From NCBI GenBank assembly GCA_045599585.1, contig JAZRWH010000088.1, positions 11,082-75,081 on the forward strand: a stretch of 64,000 bases of DNA, in the 5' to 3' direction. The stretch is from Myxococcota bacterium (GTDB lineage Bacteria > Myxococcota_A > Bradymonadia > UBA4248). Positions 21,368 to 31,294 of this stretch are shown piece by piece (positions within the stretch are counted from its first letter, which is position 1; every line of letters starts with the position of its first letter). Below the pieces are notes generated by a model that was given only the letters and a program-made list of their open reading frames with translations, made no database searches and was not told the DNA's origin. A program made the translations under genes and the position numbers.

Positions 21368-21410
21368 AAGCGGCCTGACTCGTCTATACCTGAGCAGAGC
21401 CGCTTTTTTT
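21368..21410 (+). terminator. Probable intrinsic terminator
   Basis: AAGCGGC...GCCGCTT stem followed by a T tract. Confidence 0.6.
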
Positions 21411-21573
21411 GCGCATATTGCCCGTGGGTCAGACAGCAAAAATCCCCCCCAAATGATTGTGCATCTGGAGTAGAATGCGCTGGTTTTGGGGCGATTGTGT
21501 CTCAATGCAAAATGCAAAGCGATAAGAGGTATTCTCAACGAATATTCTAAGATGGATGGAGAAACGATAGACT

Positions 21574-23187
21574 ATGATCACACTGATTCCCTCACAAATG
21601 CCGCAGCAGGATCTTGGTATGATAGCGCAAGTGCTGATGGGGCAAGGATTTGTCCAGCAGCCGGCAAGTGAACGCAAGCGCGAAAGTCCAGCGATTGTAT
21701 TTTACACTGAGGACAAATCGAACATCGTGACGATGAAGTTTTACCAGGACATCGGTACACTTCGCGTCGAAACTCGCGGTGCAGCGGCCGACAAAATCGC
21801 CGTAGCCATGGGACAGTATATGGAAGCGATGACCGTCGCGAGTCTGACCGATTTGTTCGACGCATCCCAATCAGATATGGAGCGCCGCGTCTATGCAATC
21901 CTGTTGGTTTTGGCCTATCCAAGTGCACTGGATGCTCTTGCAGCCCTTCACGAGAAGTACATTAAAAATGGTAGTGAGGCGACGCGTGAAGGTATCGTAC
22001 AAGGCTTTGCGTTTTTGGAAACGCCGGATGTTGGTGACGCGCTAGAGTCTATCGAAGCTGAGTTTACGGGTCAGCCCATTGCTGTTTTGTGTCGTAAAGG
22101 CATCGATGCCCTCAGTGCACGTGGTCTGATCAAAGAGTCGCTCGCTTCCTTTATGAACAAAATACGCGGTATGGTCGATGATAAAGCAGCCGAAGCGGTG
22201 ACGATGATCGACAAGTATTGTGAGAACAACCCAGATGCGCCGGCATTGCGTGCGCTCAAAGCGCGCGCGTTGATCGTTTTGGGCAAATCAGATGAAGCTT
22301 CGGCGTTGTTGGCTCAGATCGATCTGAGCGATCCCGATGCGGCAGAAGCGTTTGTCGAGCGCGCTAAACTTCGTGAGGCTGGTCGATTTGTGGAATACGC
22401 CTTGCGCGACATTCAGTGTGCCTTGGCTCTCGAACCTGAAAACGAAGAAGCTGCCGTGATTTGTCGACGCTTGTCGATGTTGGCGACGCAAAAAGAATCA
22501 AGCGACGAAGAAAAACTGGCCGAGTATACGAAGGCGCTCGAAGAAAACGCTGAAGATGCCAATTTGCTTTGTCAACGTGCCGAATGTCTGTTGCACCTTG
22601 GCGAATTTGAAAAGGCACGTGCGGATGCGATTCATGCGCGCAAGCTTTCGGCAAACGATCCGCGTCTGCCGCTGATCTTGGGCGAAGCCTATTTGGGCAT
22701 GCGTTGGCTGGGGAGTGCACTTGAACAGGCTACGACAGCGCAGCGTGTATTTGCTGCTTCGCAGCGCGTCGAAGCCAGTCTTCTGAAAGTCCGGGTTTTC
22801 ATGGCAATCAATCGCATTGATGCCGCACGTCACGCGCTCCGCGAACTTGCACCCGAAATTCAGTTGGAGTCTGCTGTTAGACTTTATGCCGGTATTCTTG
22901 AGGAACTTTTAGGCAATGCGAATGAGGCGCGTGCGATTTATGCGGAGCTTACGGCTGATGAGATGAGCGCCGTCTTGCGTACACAGACACCTTGTCTATA
23001 CGTCAACCTTCCTGTTCTGCGCGAGTTTGCTTCGGCTGACGTTCCCGCAATTAGCGAACAGCCTGCAGTCGAACTCGACAAAGAGCCGATGGATCCTTAC
23101 TTTAAACGATGTGATGCTTGCGGTGCGCTTACCATGGCACGCCGAACCCTTTGCAAAGAATGCTCGAACGCGACTTTCTTTAGCTAA
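21574..23187 (+). CDS. TPR-repeat protein with a C-terminal zinc ribbon
   Basis: Repeated TPR-like helices (AFVERAKLRE, LLCQRAECLLHLGEFEKARAD); C-terminal CDACG...CKEC. Confidence 0.85.
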   Translation: MITLIPSQMPQQDLGMIAQVLMGQGFVQQPASERKRESPAIVFYTEDKSNIVTMKFYQDIGTLRVETRGAAADKIAVAMGQYMEAMTVASLTDLFDASQSDMERRVYAILLVLAYPSALDALAALHEKYIKNGSEATREGIVQGFAFLETPDVGDALESIEAEFTGQPIAVLCRKGIDALSARGLIKESLASFMNKIRGMVDDKAAEAVTMIDKYCENNPDAPALRALKARALIVLGKSDEASALLAQIDLSDPDAAEAFVERAKLREAGRFVEYALRDIQCALALEPENEEAAVICRRLSMLATQKESSDEEKLAEYTKALEENAEDANLLCQRAECLLHLGEFEKARADAIHARKLSANDPRLPLILGEAYLGMRWLGSALEQATTAQRVFAASQRVEASLLKVRVFMAINRIDAARHALRELAPEIQLESAVRLYAGILEELLGNANEARAIYAELTADEMSAVLRTQTPCLYVNLPVLREFASADVPAISEQPAVELDKEPMDPYFKRCDACGALTMARRTLCKECSNATFFS

Positions 23188-23199
23188 TATTTTTTGAAA

Positions 23200-23255
23200 G
23201 GGGGAAGTATCCCCCTGAGCTGCTATCTTCTGCGAAGATACGCAGCTACCCCCTC
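23200..23255 (-). repeat. REP-like element copy 4 (minimal form, compensatory change)
   Basis: GGGGGAAGTATCCCCCTGAGCTGCTATCTTCTGCGAAGATACGCAGCTACCCCCTC; AGCTGC/GCAGCT replaces AGCGGC/GCCGCT. Confidence 0.95.
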
Positions 23256-23342
23256 GTCGTTGACTAAGCTCAACAACCGGCGGTCTGCAGCGACACGCCT
23301 AACGTTGACGACTGCAAACATTTTTCTTCAAACAATCAAACC

Positions 23343-24602
23343 ATGATGAACTTCAAACGCATTCTGCCCATACTCTTGGGATTGAGCCTCGTCTGCGGTA
23401 CGGCAAACGCTGACGACAAAAAAAAGCAAGATCCATATGCTCGACTTGATGCCTTTGCTCAGATTCTGAGCGTCGTCGAATCGAACTATGTTGATACAAT
23501 CGACCGCAATAAGGTCATCGACGGAGCGATTAACGGCATGATACGGGCACTCGATCCACATTCGAGCTTTATGAGTGCAGATGAGCGACGTGACTTTGAG
23601 ATGCGAACTGGCGGACAATTTGTCGGCATTGGCGTCGAAGTTGGTCTGCGTGAAAGCTCACTTCAGATCATCACTGCGATTCCTGGTGGACCGGCTGCAC
23701 AAGCTGGGTTGGAATCGGGCGATACGATCCTCGCTATTGATGGCGAAGATGTTTCACAAATGTCACTCGATCATCTGCAGATGAAACTTCATGGCGCGGC
23801 GGGCTCAAAATTGACTTTGACCGTTCGTCGAGTCAACAGTCTTGCACCTCGAAGTTATACGCTTACGCGCGCTGTCGTTCAAACGCCACTTACATTTACG
23901 CAGCTGCTCGACCTGCACTATGGCTATGTCGCGCTTAAATCGTTTGGTCCAGGGTCTGCAGAGAAAGTCAAAACAGAGATCAAACGTCTGCAATCGCTTG
24001 TGGGTGGGGATTTGCGAGGTTTAGTTTTGGATCTACGGCAAAACCCTGGTGGCTTTATTCGCGAAGCAACGTCATTGGTCGACTATTTTTTAGACAGCGG
24101 CACGATTGTCGAAACGCGAGGAAGAGATGGCGTTGTTATGCAGACTTATACAGCGAGTCGAGGTACTGCGTTTGATTTTCCGCTGGTTGTTTTAATTGAT
24201 GCAGGATCCGCATCTGCATCAGAGATAGTCGCAGGGGCGCTTCAGGCTAACAAACGCGCGTACATTGTTGGTACGACATCTTTTGGCAAGGCCAGCGTAC
24301 AAAGTCTGTTTACGCTTAAGGATGGCTCGTCGCTCAAACTTACGATCGGGCGCTACTACACGCCAGATGGACGTTCGATTCAAACGCTTGGCATCACGCC
24401 AGATTTTTATGTTGAAGCGGCTGAACTCGTTACGCCCTCTGAAAAACGTGTCATGCGTGAAAAAGACCTGCCGGGAGCGCTTCCACCAGGCCCCGAAGCT
24501 GCACAGGCCAGTGACCTTCAACCTGTTACGCCAACGATCGAAGACTTACAACTGTTTACGGCATACAATATTCTTCGCGCAATGCCCGCGAAATTACAAT
24601 AA
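23343..24602 (+). CDS. ctpA: S41 carboxyl-terminal processing protease with PDZ domain
   Basis: LDPHS, GIGVEV, LVLDLRQNPGG, SASASEIVAGALQ, TSFGKASVQ, YYTPDGRSIQ. Confidence 0.95.
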   Translation: MMNFKRILPILLGLSLVCGTANADDKKKQDPYARLDAFAQILSVVESNYVDTIDRNKVIDGAINGMIRALDPHSSFMSADERRDFEMRTGGQFVGIGVEVGLRESSLQIITAIPGGPAAQAGLESGDTILAIDGEDVSQMSLDHLQMKLHGAAGSKLTLTVRRVNSLAPRSYTLTRAVVQTPLTFTQLLDLHYGYVALKSFGPGSAEKVKTEIKRLQSLVGGDLRGLVLDLRQNPGGFIREATSLVDYFLDSGTIVETRGRDGVVMQTYTASRGTAFDFPLVVLIDAGSASASEIVAGALQANKRAYIVGTTSFGKASVQSLFTLKDGSSLKLTIGRYYTPDGRSIQTLGITPDFYVEAAELVTPSEKRVMREKDLPGALPPGPEAAQASDLQPVTPTIEDLQLFTAYNILRAMPAKLQ

Positions 24603-24665
24603 TCTTTTAATGCATTGTGCCGCAGTTTAAAGCGGCTCGATGGGGTGGGCTTTATACTATAAAGA

Positions 24666-24734
24666 GCCGGACGTATTTGCGAAGCAAATAGGACGGCTGC
24701 GAAGCCGTATTCGCCGTAGGCGAATAGGCGAAGC
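24666..24734 (+). repeat. Bulged-hairpin doublet D
   Basis: GCCGGAC-G-TATTTGC-GAA-GCAAATA-GGACGGC and GCGAAGCC-G-TATTCGCC-GTA-GGCGAATA-GGCGAAGC. Confidence 0.85.
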
Positions 24735-24912
24735 CCACAAACACCTACATTCGATTATTTCGCTTTCACTGCGTGTTTTTTAGCGAATAAAGATTGCCCG
24801 CTTTTATTTTATGCAATTCTGTACTAAAAAGCTCGCTTTGTATTTGTATCGCCTGCAAGAGGGCGATTTTTATTGTTTTTTTGCCAAATAAGGCAAGTAT
24901 TGAGGAGAATTT

Positions 24913-26655
24913 ATGACAGACATCGCAGCACAGTCGATTGAAATTGCAAAACAGTGGGCCGCCGAACCTTTTGACGCCGAAACGCGAGCAGAAGTGCAAA
25001 AGCTCATCGATGCCAACGACATCGAAACGATCAAGAATCGATTTGGTGCCAGTATGCAGTTTGGAACTGCGGGTCTTCGCGGAGTCATGGGTGCCGGACG
25101 TACCATGATGAATATTTATATGATCGCCAAAGCCACGCGTGCCCTTGCGCAGTGTCTCATCGAAGAGTATGGCGATGAAGCTGTCAAACGTGGCGTTGTC
25201 GTAGGTTATGACTGCCGTCACAACTCTGAAAAATTTGCCAAGATGACCGCTGGCGTACTCGCGGCAAACGGCATTAAAGTTTATCTTTACGATCGTCTCA
25301 CGCCGACAAATCTCGTTCCGTTCGCAATTCGTACTAAGAACGCCTTTGCTGGTGTAATGATTACGAGCTCCCATAACCCCAAAGTTTACAACGGCTACAA
25401 AGTTTTCTGGTCCAATGGCGCTCAGATCATCAGCCCTGTCGATGCTCAAGTCGCTTCGCGTATGGACAAACTCGCTGACATTGGTAACGACAGCATTTCA
25501 GTCGAAGATGGCATTGCTAAAGGCCTCATTGAGATCATGGGCGATGCTATGATTGATGCTTATACTGACTGGGTCGTCAAAAGCGCCGTTCGTACAGGCA
25601 AAACGGACGTCGACGTCATTTATACACCGCTCGGCGGTACAGGTTGGGCATGTGCTAAAGCTTCTTTTGACAAAGCTGGCTTCAAAAAAGTTCGCGTTGT
25701 CGAAGAAGAAAAAACGCCTTCGGGAGATTTCGCAGGCCTCGATGCTCCTAACCCCGAACGCGCAGACACATGGCCGCGTGCGCTTAAAATGGCCAAAGAA
25801 GTCAACGCCGAAATTGTCCTCGCAAACGACGGTGATGCTGACCGCCTCGGTGTTGCAATCCCCGTTAACGGTGAATACAAAGTCCTTGGTGGCAACCAAA
25901 TTGGTGCCCTCATGCTCAACTACATCATCGAAAACCTCGCGGATGACAAACGCAATACCGATAGCTTTGCTATTTGCTCTGTCGTTTCGAGCCCCCTTAC
26001 GCGCGCCATCTGCGAAAATGCTGGCGTTGATTTCCAAGAAACCCTCACTGGTTTTAAATGGATGGGCAATGTCGCTGATCAGCGCGTGAAATGTGGTCAG
26101 AACTTCCTCTTCGCCTATGAAGAAGCCTTCGGTTTCACCTTTAGTGATGCTCGCGATAAAGACGGTATCATCTCAGTTCTCCTCCTCGCTGAACTTGCTG
26201 CCGATTGTAAAGCCAAAGGCAAACGCGTGATCGACGTCCTTGACGAAATTTACATTAATAACGGTATTCACTGCGAAGATGCTGCAGAGCGCTTCTACGA
26301 AGGTCTCTCTGGCAAAGACACGATGGCTAAAGTCCTCTCTGACCTCCGCAACAATCCGCCTGCAGCTATCGCTGGTATAGACGTCGCCTGCGTTCGCGAT
26401 CTCCTCAATTCGCGTACGACAGATCTCAAATCCGGCGAAGTTATTCCCGTTATCCATCTCCCCAAACAGGATATGCTTACCTTCTATCTCGCAGATAATA
26501 GCTGGATTTCCTTGCGTCCCTCTGGCACCGAGCCCAAACTTAAAGCCTACCTTGGCGTCATCGGTCACGCCTCAAAAGACGAATATCCCGTTATTAAAGC
26601 GGCGCTCGAATACAAACTTGCTAATATCAAAAAAGCTGTCAAAGAAATGCTCTAA
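24913..26655 (+). CDS. pgm: Phosphoglucomutase/phosphomannomutase
   Basis: FGTAGLRG, phosphoserine loop TSSHNP, DGDADR, YEEAFG, RPSGTEPKLKAY. Confidence 0.95.
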   Translation: MTDIAAQSIEIAKQWAAEPFDAETRAEVQKLIDANDIETIKNRFGASMQFGTAGLRGVMGAGRTMMNIYMIAKATRALAQCLIEEYGDEAVKRGVVVGYDCRHNSEKFAKMTAGVLAANGIKVYLYDRLTPTNLVPFAIRTKNAFAGVMITSSHNPKVYNGYKVFWSNGAQIISPVDAQVASRMDKLADIGNDSISVEDGIAKGLIEIMGDAMIDAYTDWVVKSAVRTGKTDVDVIYTPLGGTGWACAKASFDKAGFKKVRVVEEEKTPSGDFAGLDAPNPERADTWPRALKMAKEVNAEIVLANDGDADRLGVAIPVNGEYKVLGGNQIGALMLNYIIENLADDKRNTDSFAICSVVSSPLTRAICENAGVDFQETLTGFKWMGNVADQRVKCGQNFLFAYEEAFGFTFSDARDKDGIISVLLLAELAADCKAKGKRVIDVLDEIYINNGIHCEDAAERFYEGLSGKDTMAKVLSDLRNNPPAAIAGIDVACVRDLLNSRTTDLKSGEVIPVIHLPKQDMLTFYLADNSWISLRPSGTEPKLKAYLGVIGHASKDEYPVIKAALEYKLANIKKAVKEML

Positions 26656-26678
26656 TTTCTGACGCCTAGTTTTTGTAA

Positions 26679-26748
26679 CGCAGCCTATCGGCTTTGCCAA
26701 TACGGCTGCGCAAAGCGGCTATCGCTCACGCGATACGCCGCTTTTTTT
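26679..26748 (-). repeat. Bulged-hairpin doublet E, probably also the pgm terminator
   Basis: CGCAGCC-TATCGGC-TTT-GCCAATA-C-GGCTGCG and AAAGCGGC-TATCGC-TCAC-GCGATA-C-GCCGCTTT, followed by a T tract. Confidence 0.85.
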
Positions 26749-27546
26749 ATTATTCTGCTATGCAACAGAAAACGTCTGCTCTCTGCGTACATCTTCTTAT
26801 GCACGCGTATGTTCGACGGCAAAACGCATTAAGGTTAATCTGATATTTTCATTTATCTTGATGGTGTACGTGATGGATAATATTGTGCGTTGGCAAGGGA
26901 TATTTTATGTGAGAGTTGTAAGCCTTAATAATGTGTTCGAGTTCGCATTTTGTTTAACTGCGCGAGTATCCGTGATTTTAGCCTGAGGAACGGTGGGCTT
27001 AGGCTGCAGTTCGGGCCCAAATTTTGGGCCCCGCCCCCGCCTCCACCACCGCCGGTTTGCTGCTCAGGGCCGACCGCCGGACAGACGCCTCCGGCAGTTT
27101 CACCTGAGCGTTTTTTTGAAAAATCTCAAAAAAACTTCGTGGTCAAACCGAAAAACTCCACAAAATTTCTGCGCCCAGCGAGTACATGACGTAGAAATTC
27201 GTTTGAGCGAGCTGCGCCGCAAGTCATATGCGTTCGTCAACGGAGTATAACTTAGGCGGGGTAGATAAGTTTTAGGTGGACTACGACAACTAGAACTGTC
27301 AACGCGATACGAACGCATAAGTGATCTCCTTCTGGCAAAGCATTTGTGAGGAGAACAGACCTGTTTTCCTCTATACAGTTATGCCTTCGAAAATCGATTC
27401 GTTACGCTTTGAATGTCGTTTTTTTTTTAAGAGGTGCAATTTTCATTGCATAGTGAAAGAGACAAGGTTGGCGTATTTGTAAGTGAAGTTGGTTGGGACT
27501 GTCGTAATGTTAAGTCAATTATACTAACGAAAGACAGATGAATAAG

Positions 27547-27870
27547 CACTGCTGTCCCACAACATATTTTCATTAACTATAACGAAATGCGTTCGTTACA
27601 GAATTTTATACTTTTCTTATTCTCATTCTGTTCTACGGACGGCCCAAAGAGGCGTCGTATCGCGGACGCCCCTTGGGAATCCCCGCGCGAACTTGACTTC
27701 GTCTTCAACATGCGCGCCCGGTGCGCCCGCTGCTTGCCTTCGGCTTCGCGACGCGTGCGATTAAAGTAATCTTAAGTCTTTTTCATGTTTAGAAGTGACT
27801 ATATATCGATAAAACAAGGCTACTGTAGAGTTGTCCGAGTATTTTATGAAATTTTAGTGGGACAGCAATG
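27547..27870. mobile_element. MITE-like non-autonomous element (about 324 bp)
   Basis: Terminal inverted repeats CACTGCTGTCCCAC / GTGGGACAGCAATG (13/14 match, imperfect extension to TTTCAT/ATGAAA); GC-rich hairpin core at 27636-27760; no convincing ORF. Confidence 0.6.
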
Positions 27871-28001
27871 ATTTGCTTTACAAGTATTCATTATGATTGA
27901 TGGTTTTCCTACAAACCAGAATAGAGCAGAGTGGGTAAGATGATAAAAGAAGAGAAAATTTGGTATAAACAAAACATCACTTTTATAATGATAGAAGAGA
28001 T

Positions 28002-28030
28002 AAAAAAAGCCGCTCAAATGAGCGGCTTTT
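28002..28030. terminator. Bidirectional intrinsic terminator
   Basis: AAAAAAAGCCGCTCA-AA-TGAGCGGCTTTT. Confidence 0.85.
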
Positions 28031-28049
28031 AAGGAGAGATCGCTAGGTA

Positions 28050-29768
28050 TTAACGACCGCAGCGAGAATAGATGTAATACCAGTAGTAACCGAGTTCATC
28101 GTACCAGTATTCGCCGTCGAAAGTCCAGAAGAGGTGTTCATCGTCAGCGCTCATGACTTCATCGATTTGATTTTCGAATTCGATAAGAGCGTTAGGATCT
28201 TGTTCTTTGAGCTCTACGCCAGCTGCATATTTTTCAGTTGTTTCGATTTCGATATCGAGTGCGCGGTTGTTGAGGTCGCGGAGTTCTTCCTGGAGGCGTT
28301 CGAGGCGTTGTTTACCTTTTTTACCGACTTCAGAGATCGAGAGGGCTTTAACAGCGATGATTTCCTGAACCATGCTATTTCCGAGGGGGGTACCTTCGAG
28401 GGATTTATCTGCTTCGATGCGTTTAATTTCGTCATCGAGCATATCGATATAGGCGATACCGCGGCGAAGGTCACGGTCCTGGACAGCGGCGTTAAGGACC
28501 TGCTGGAGGGTAGGATCATAATCGTCTTTGTCGAGCTTACGGACTTTATCGAGGAATTCGTAAACTTCTTCGGGCTGGAAGAGGCGAGCAACGAGTTCGT
28601 CGACCTTAGCTTTGAGGGGATCGTACGTTGCTTTGTAATCGGTAAGAATATCGACAACGCGGTCGTAGTGGCAGTTGGTATAATAAATTGTAGCCTGAAG
28701 CAACATAGCTTCGGGGTAATATTTATCATTGAAGTAGGGGCTATTCAAGGTCAGGAGGAGACCCAATGCTTTACCGAAGTGGTCAACGCGGTAGTAAGCC
28801 CAGCTTGCTTCGAAGAGGGATTCGAGCCACATCTCACTGTTACGCGAGAATGCATTGTAATACTTAAGCGCCGTATTCCATGAATTGGCTGCTTTTTCGC
28901 GTTCGCCCATTTTCCAGAGGGTAGAACCGACCTGATAGAAGACGCGGCCGAGAGCAGCGATTGTAAATTCGCGAAGCTGAAGCTCAGATGCTGTGAGGGA
29001 GCCTTCTTTAGCTTTTTTCTCGTCCAACCAACGAAGGGTTTCTTTGAAGGATTCGAGGGCTTCCTGGCCTTTGTACTGACGAACATAGGTTACGCCTTCG
29101 AGATAACGAGAGCGAGCATAGTATTTGCTATTGTCGGCAACGTGACCAACGAAGAAAACGACGTCGTCGAATTTGGATTCACGATAGGCGGCCATAGCGA
29201 GCATATAGCCAACCTCGTTATACATACTAGGATCAACTTCGGTCGGGAATTTCTCGAGATAGGAATCGTAAACTCGCGAATAACGACGAGGTTCGCCCGG
29301 AAGTTCTGCGCCGATATTGACGAGATAGCTTAGTGTTTCATCAAATTCTTTGTCGTGGTTACCCATGACAACGATATCAAAATGGTTGAGTGCCGACTGG
29401 AAATAACCCATTTTATAGAGGGCACGGCCCATTTCGAAGTGGAGTTGGTTCGAAAGATTTTCTGCTGCATCTCCGCCTTGGCTGATGATGTCATAAAGCT
29501 GACGTGCACCTTCGACGTACTGCTGAGCATCAATGAGGCTTTTTGCCTGATTATAGGCTGCATAAGCTGAAGATGACGTGTCTATGACTGCAGACGAAGT
29601 TGAACTGTCTCCACCAAAATCCATTCCGCCATCATCTGCGCCGAAATCCATTCCATCGTCGCCGCCGAAATCAAAACCATCCTGGCCAAAGGCAACTGCC
29701 GGGCTAAGTATCAATGCGCCTGCAAGCAACGCGGCTGCCAAGCTGCGTTTTCCACTTTTAATATGCAT
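28050..29768 (-). CDS. gltC: GltC-like secreted TPR protein (myxobacterial gliding-motility accessory family)
   Basis: Signal peptide; TPR helices; SLFEASWAYY...ALGLLLTLNSPYF..YYPEA; C-terminal DDEHLFWTFDGEYWYDELGYY...SRCGR resembles GltC as I recall it. Confidence 0.75.
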   Translation of the reverse strand: MHIKSGKRSLAAALLAGALILSPAVAFGQDGFDFGGDDGMDFGADDGGMDFGGDSSTSSAVIDTSSSAYAAYNQAKSLIDAQQYVEGARQLYDIISQGGDAAENLSNQLHFEMGRALYKMGYFQSALNHFDIVVMGNHDKEFDETLSYLVNIGAELPGEPRRYSRVYDSYLEKFPTEVDPSMYNEVGYMLAMAAYRESKFDDVVFFVGHVADNSKYYARSRYLEGVTYVRQYKGQEALESFKETLRWLDEKKAKEGSLTASELQLREFTIAALGRVFYQVGSTLWKMGEREKAANSWNTALKYYNAFSRNSEMWLESLFEASWAYYRVDHFGKALGLLLTLNSPYFNDKYYPEAMLLQATIYYTNCHYDRVVDILTDYKATYDPLKAKVDELVARLFQPEEVYEFLDKVRKLDKDDYDPTLQQVLNAAVQDRDLRRGIAYIDMLDDEIKRIEADKSLEGTPLGNSMVQEIIAVKALSISEVGKKGKQRLERLQEELRDLNNRALDIEIETTEKYAAGVELKEQDPNALIEFENQIDEVMSADDEHLFWTFDGEYWYDELGYYWYYIYSRCGR

Positions 29769-30011
29769 GCCTGTGTCTCCTTAGTGATCAGCTCTCGCTG
29801 AAAACCATCGTATGTATGCTATCTCGAACGTAAGAACTACGTCGTGTGCTATCTAACCACAAAATAAACCCTTTTGTCAATGCGTCCATGACATAAGGCA
29901 AAATTCCACAATCAAAAAGCAAAGCTCCTCAATTGCGTGCGTTTTCGCTTAAAAATGCTTTTTTGAGCGTGATCGCTGTTAAAATTGTCGCGCAACATCA
30001 TGCTCAAATTT

Positions 30012-30168
30012 GAGGGGGTAGCGACGTATCGCCGAAGGAAATGGATCAAGTTTCGTAGATGGTAGCCGAATATGGCTGAGTTGCTGTAAACGAAAGCTTT
30101 ACGACAATGTGAACAATGTTGATGAGCCGTTTCCGAAGAAGATAGGCGCTCAGGGGGAGACATCCCCC
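30012..30168 (+). repeat. REP-like element copy 5 (112-nt insert)
   Basis: GAGGGGGTAGCGACGTAT ... ATAGGCGCTCAGGGGGAGACATCCCCC. Confidence 0.9.
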
Positions 30169-30180
30169 TCCCAAACAAGA

Positions 30181-31272
30181 TTAGTGAAGCGAGAAAATGA
30201 TCTCAACACGGTCATTTAGAGGACGATTCGATTTCGTTTTTTCATCATAACGAAGATAGTCTTTGCCCTTAGCTGTGACCTGAATGCGTTTATAGTCAAC
30301 GCCTTGACTGATGAGAAAATCGCGAACAGCATCCGCTCGACGCTGACTCACTTCGAAGTACTGTTTCGTATTTTTCTGTGTATAACCTTCGATAGAGATG
30401 CCTGCATCAGGATACTTTTTGGCAAGCTCTGCTACGCGCTTGAAAGCATCCTGTTTTTCGTATGAAATATCGTATTTGTCTTTTTCAAAAGCGTTCGCGA
30501 AGATCATACGCGTCGTAGTGAGCGTCGTTTCGGCATAGGTTGGGCCTACGATATTTTTTGCATCTTCGTACAGAGCTTTTTGTGCTTCTGCAGCTTTTGC
30601 AGATGCGAGACGTTTTTCGTAATCCGGCTTCGCCAAATCATAAGCTTTTATGTAGAGTGCTTTTGCTTCATCGGCCAAAGCACTTGCTTCTTCGCGTTTA
30701 CCGTATGCATTGGCTTCGCCTGCTTGTTTGAGTTTGGCTGTCGCTTCGGCGTAGACGGCTTTTGACGCATCAGCAATGTCGGCTTCGATGCTTCGAGCTT
30801 TTTCCTGCTCTGTCATAGCAAGCTGAATACGATGTTCTGCGTTGGCATTATCTGCGTTAGCAATGTTGGCTTTCATCAACGAAATACTTTTTTCCAGACC
30901 TTCTTGCTTAGCATTTAAGGTCTCCATTTGAAGTTTGATAGCTTTTGCTTCATCTTGGGCCGCACTGATACGTGCTAAAGCCTCTTGTCGTTTAGCTTCT
31001 GCTCTGGCTGTCGCATACTGTCTTTGACCCAGTGAAGCGTACATTTTTGCCGTCGACTGCTCGCCATCCTGCCAGGCGCTGATTGCCTTTTCGGTCAGAT
31101 CTGTACATCGTTTATAAGCTTCGGGCGCAGCAACATTGATCGCGGCCGTATCTTCGCTGGCTCGTTGTTCTTCAAGCTGCGTTAGCTCTTCGGGTTTAGG
31201 CTGAGGACCACAGCCCACCGCAAAACTCGCGATCGCTAAAGCGAGTGCCAATTTGATTGTTCGTGGCATCAT
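30181..31272 (-). CDS. OmpA-domain lipoprotein with a coiled coil
   Basis: Lipobox AVGC; C-terminal ISIEGYT...SQRRADAVRDFLISQGV...NDRVEI. Confidence 0.9.
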   Translation of the reverse strand: MMPRTIKLALALAIASFAVGCGPQPKPEELTQLEEQRASEDTAAINVAAPEAYKRCTDLTEKAISAWQDGEQSTAKMYASLGQRQYATARAEAKRQEALARISAAQDEAKAIKLQMETLNAKQEGLEKSISLMKANIANADNANAEHRIQLAMTEQEKARSIEADIADASKAVYAEATAKLKQAGEANAYGKREEASALADEAKALYIKAYDLAKPDYEKRLASAKAAEAQKALYEDAKNIVGPTYAETTLTTTRMIFANAFEKDKYDISYEKQDAFKRVAELAKKYPDAGISIEGYTQKNTKQYFEVSQRRADAVRDFLISQGVDYKRIQVTAKGKDYLRYDEKTKSNRPLNDRVEIIFSLH

Positions 31273-31294
31273 CTGTTTTCTCCTGTCGACAGCG

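Noticed and set aside
26880-26920. dif-like appearance of GTGCGTTGGCAAGGGATATTTTATGTGAGA
   Set aside because: Poor match to the XerC/XerD arms and spacing.
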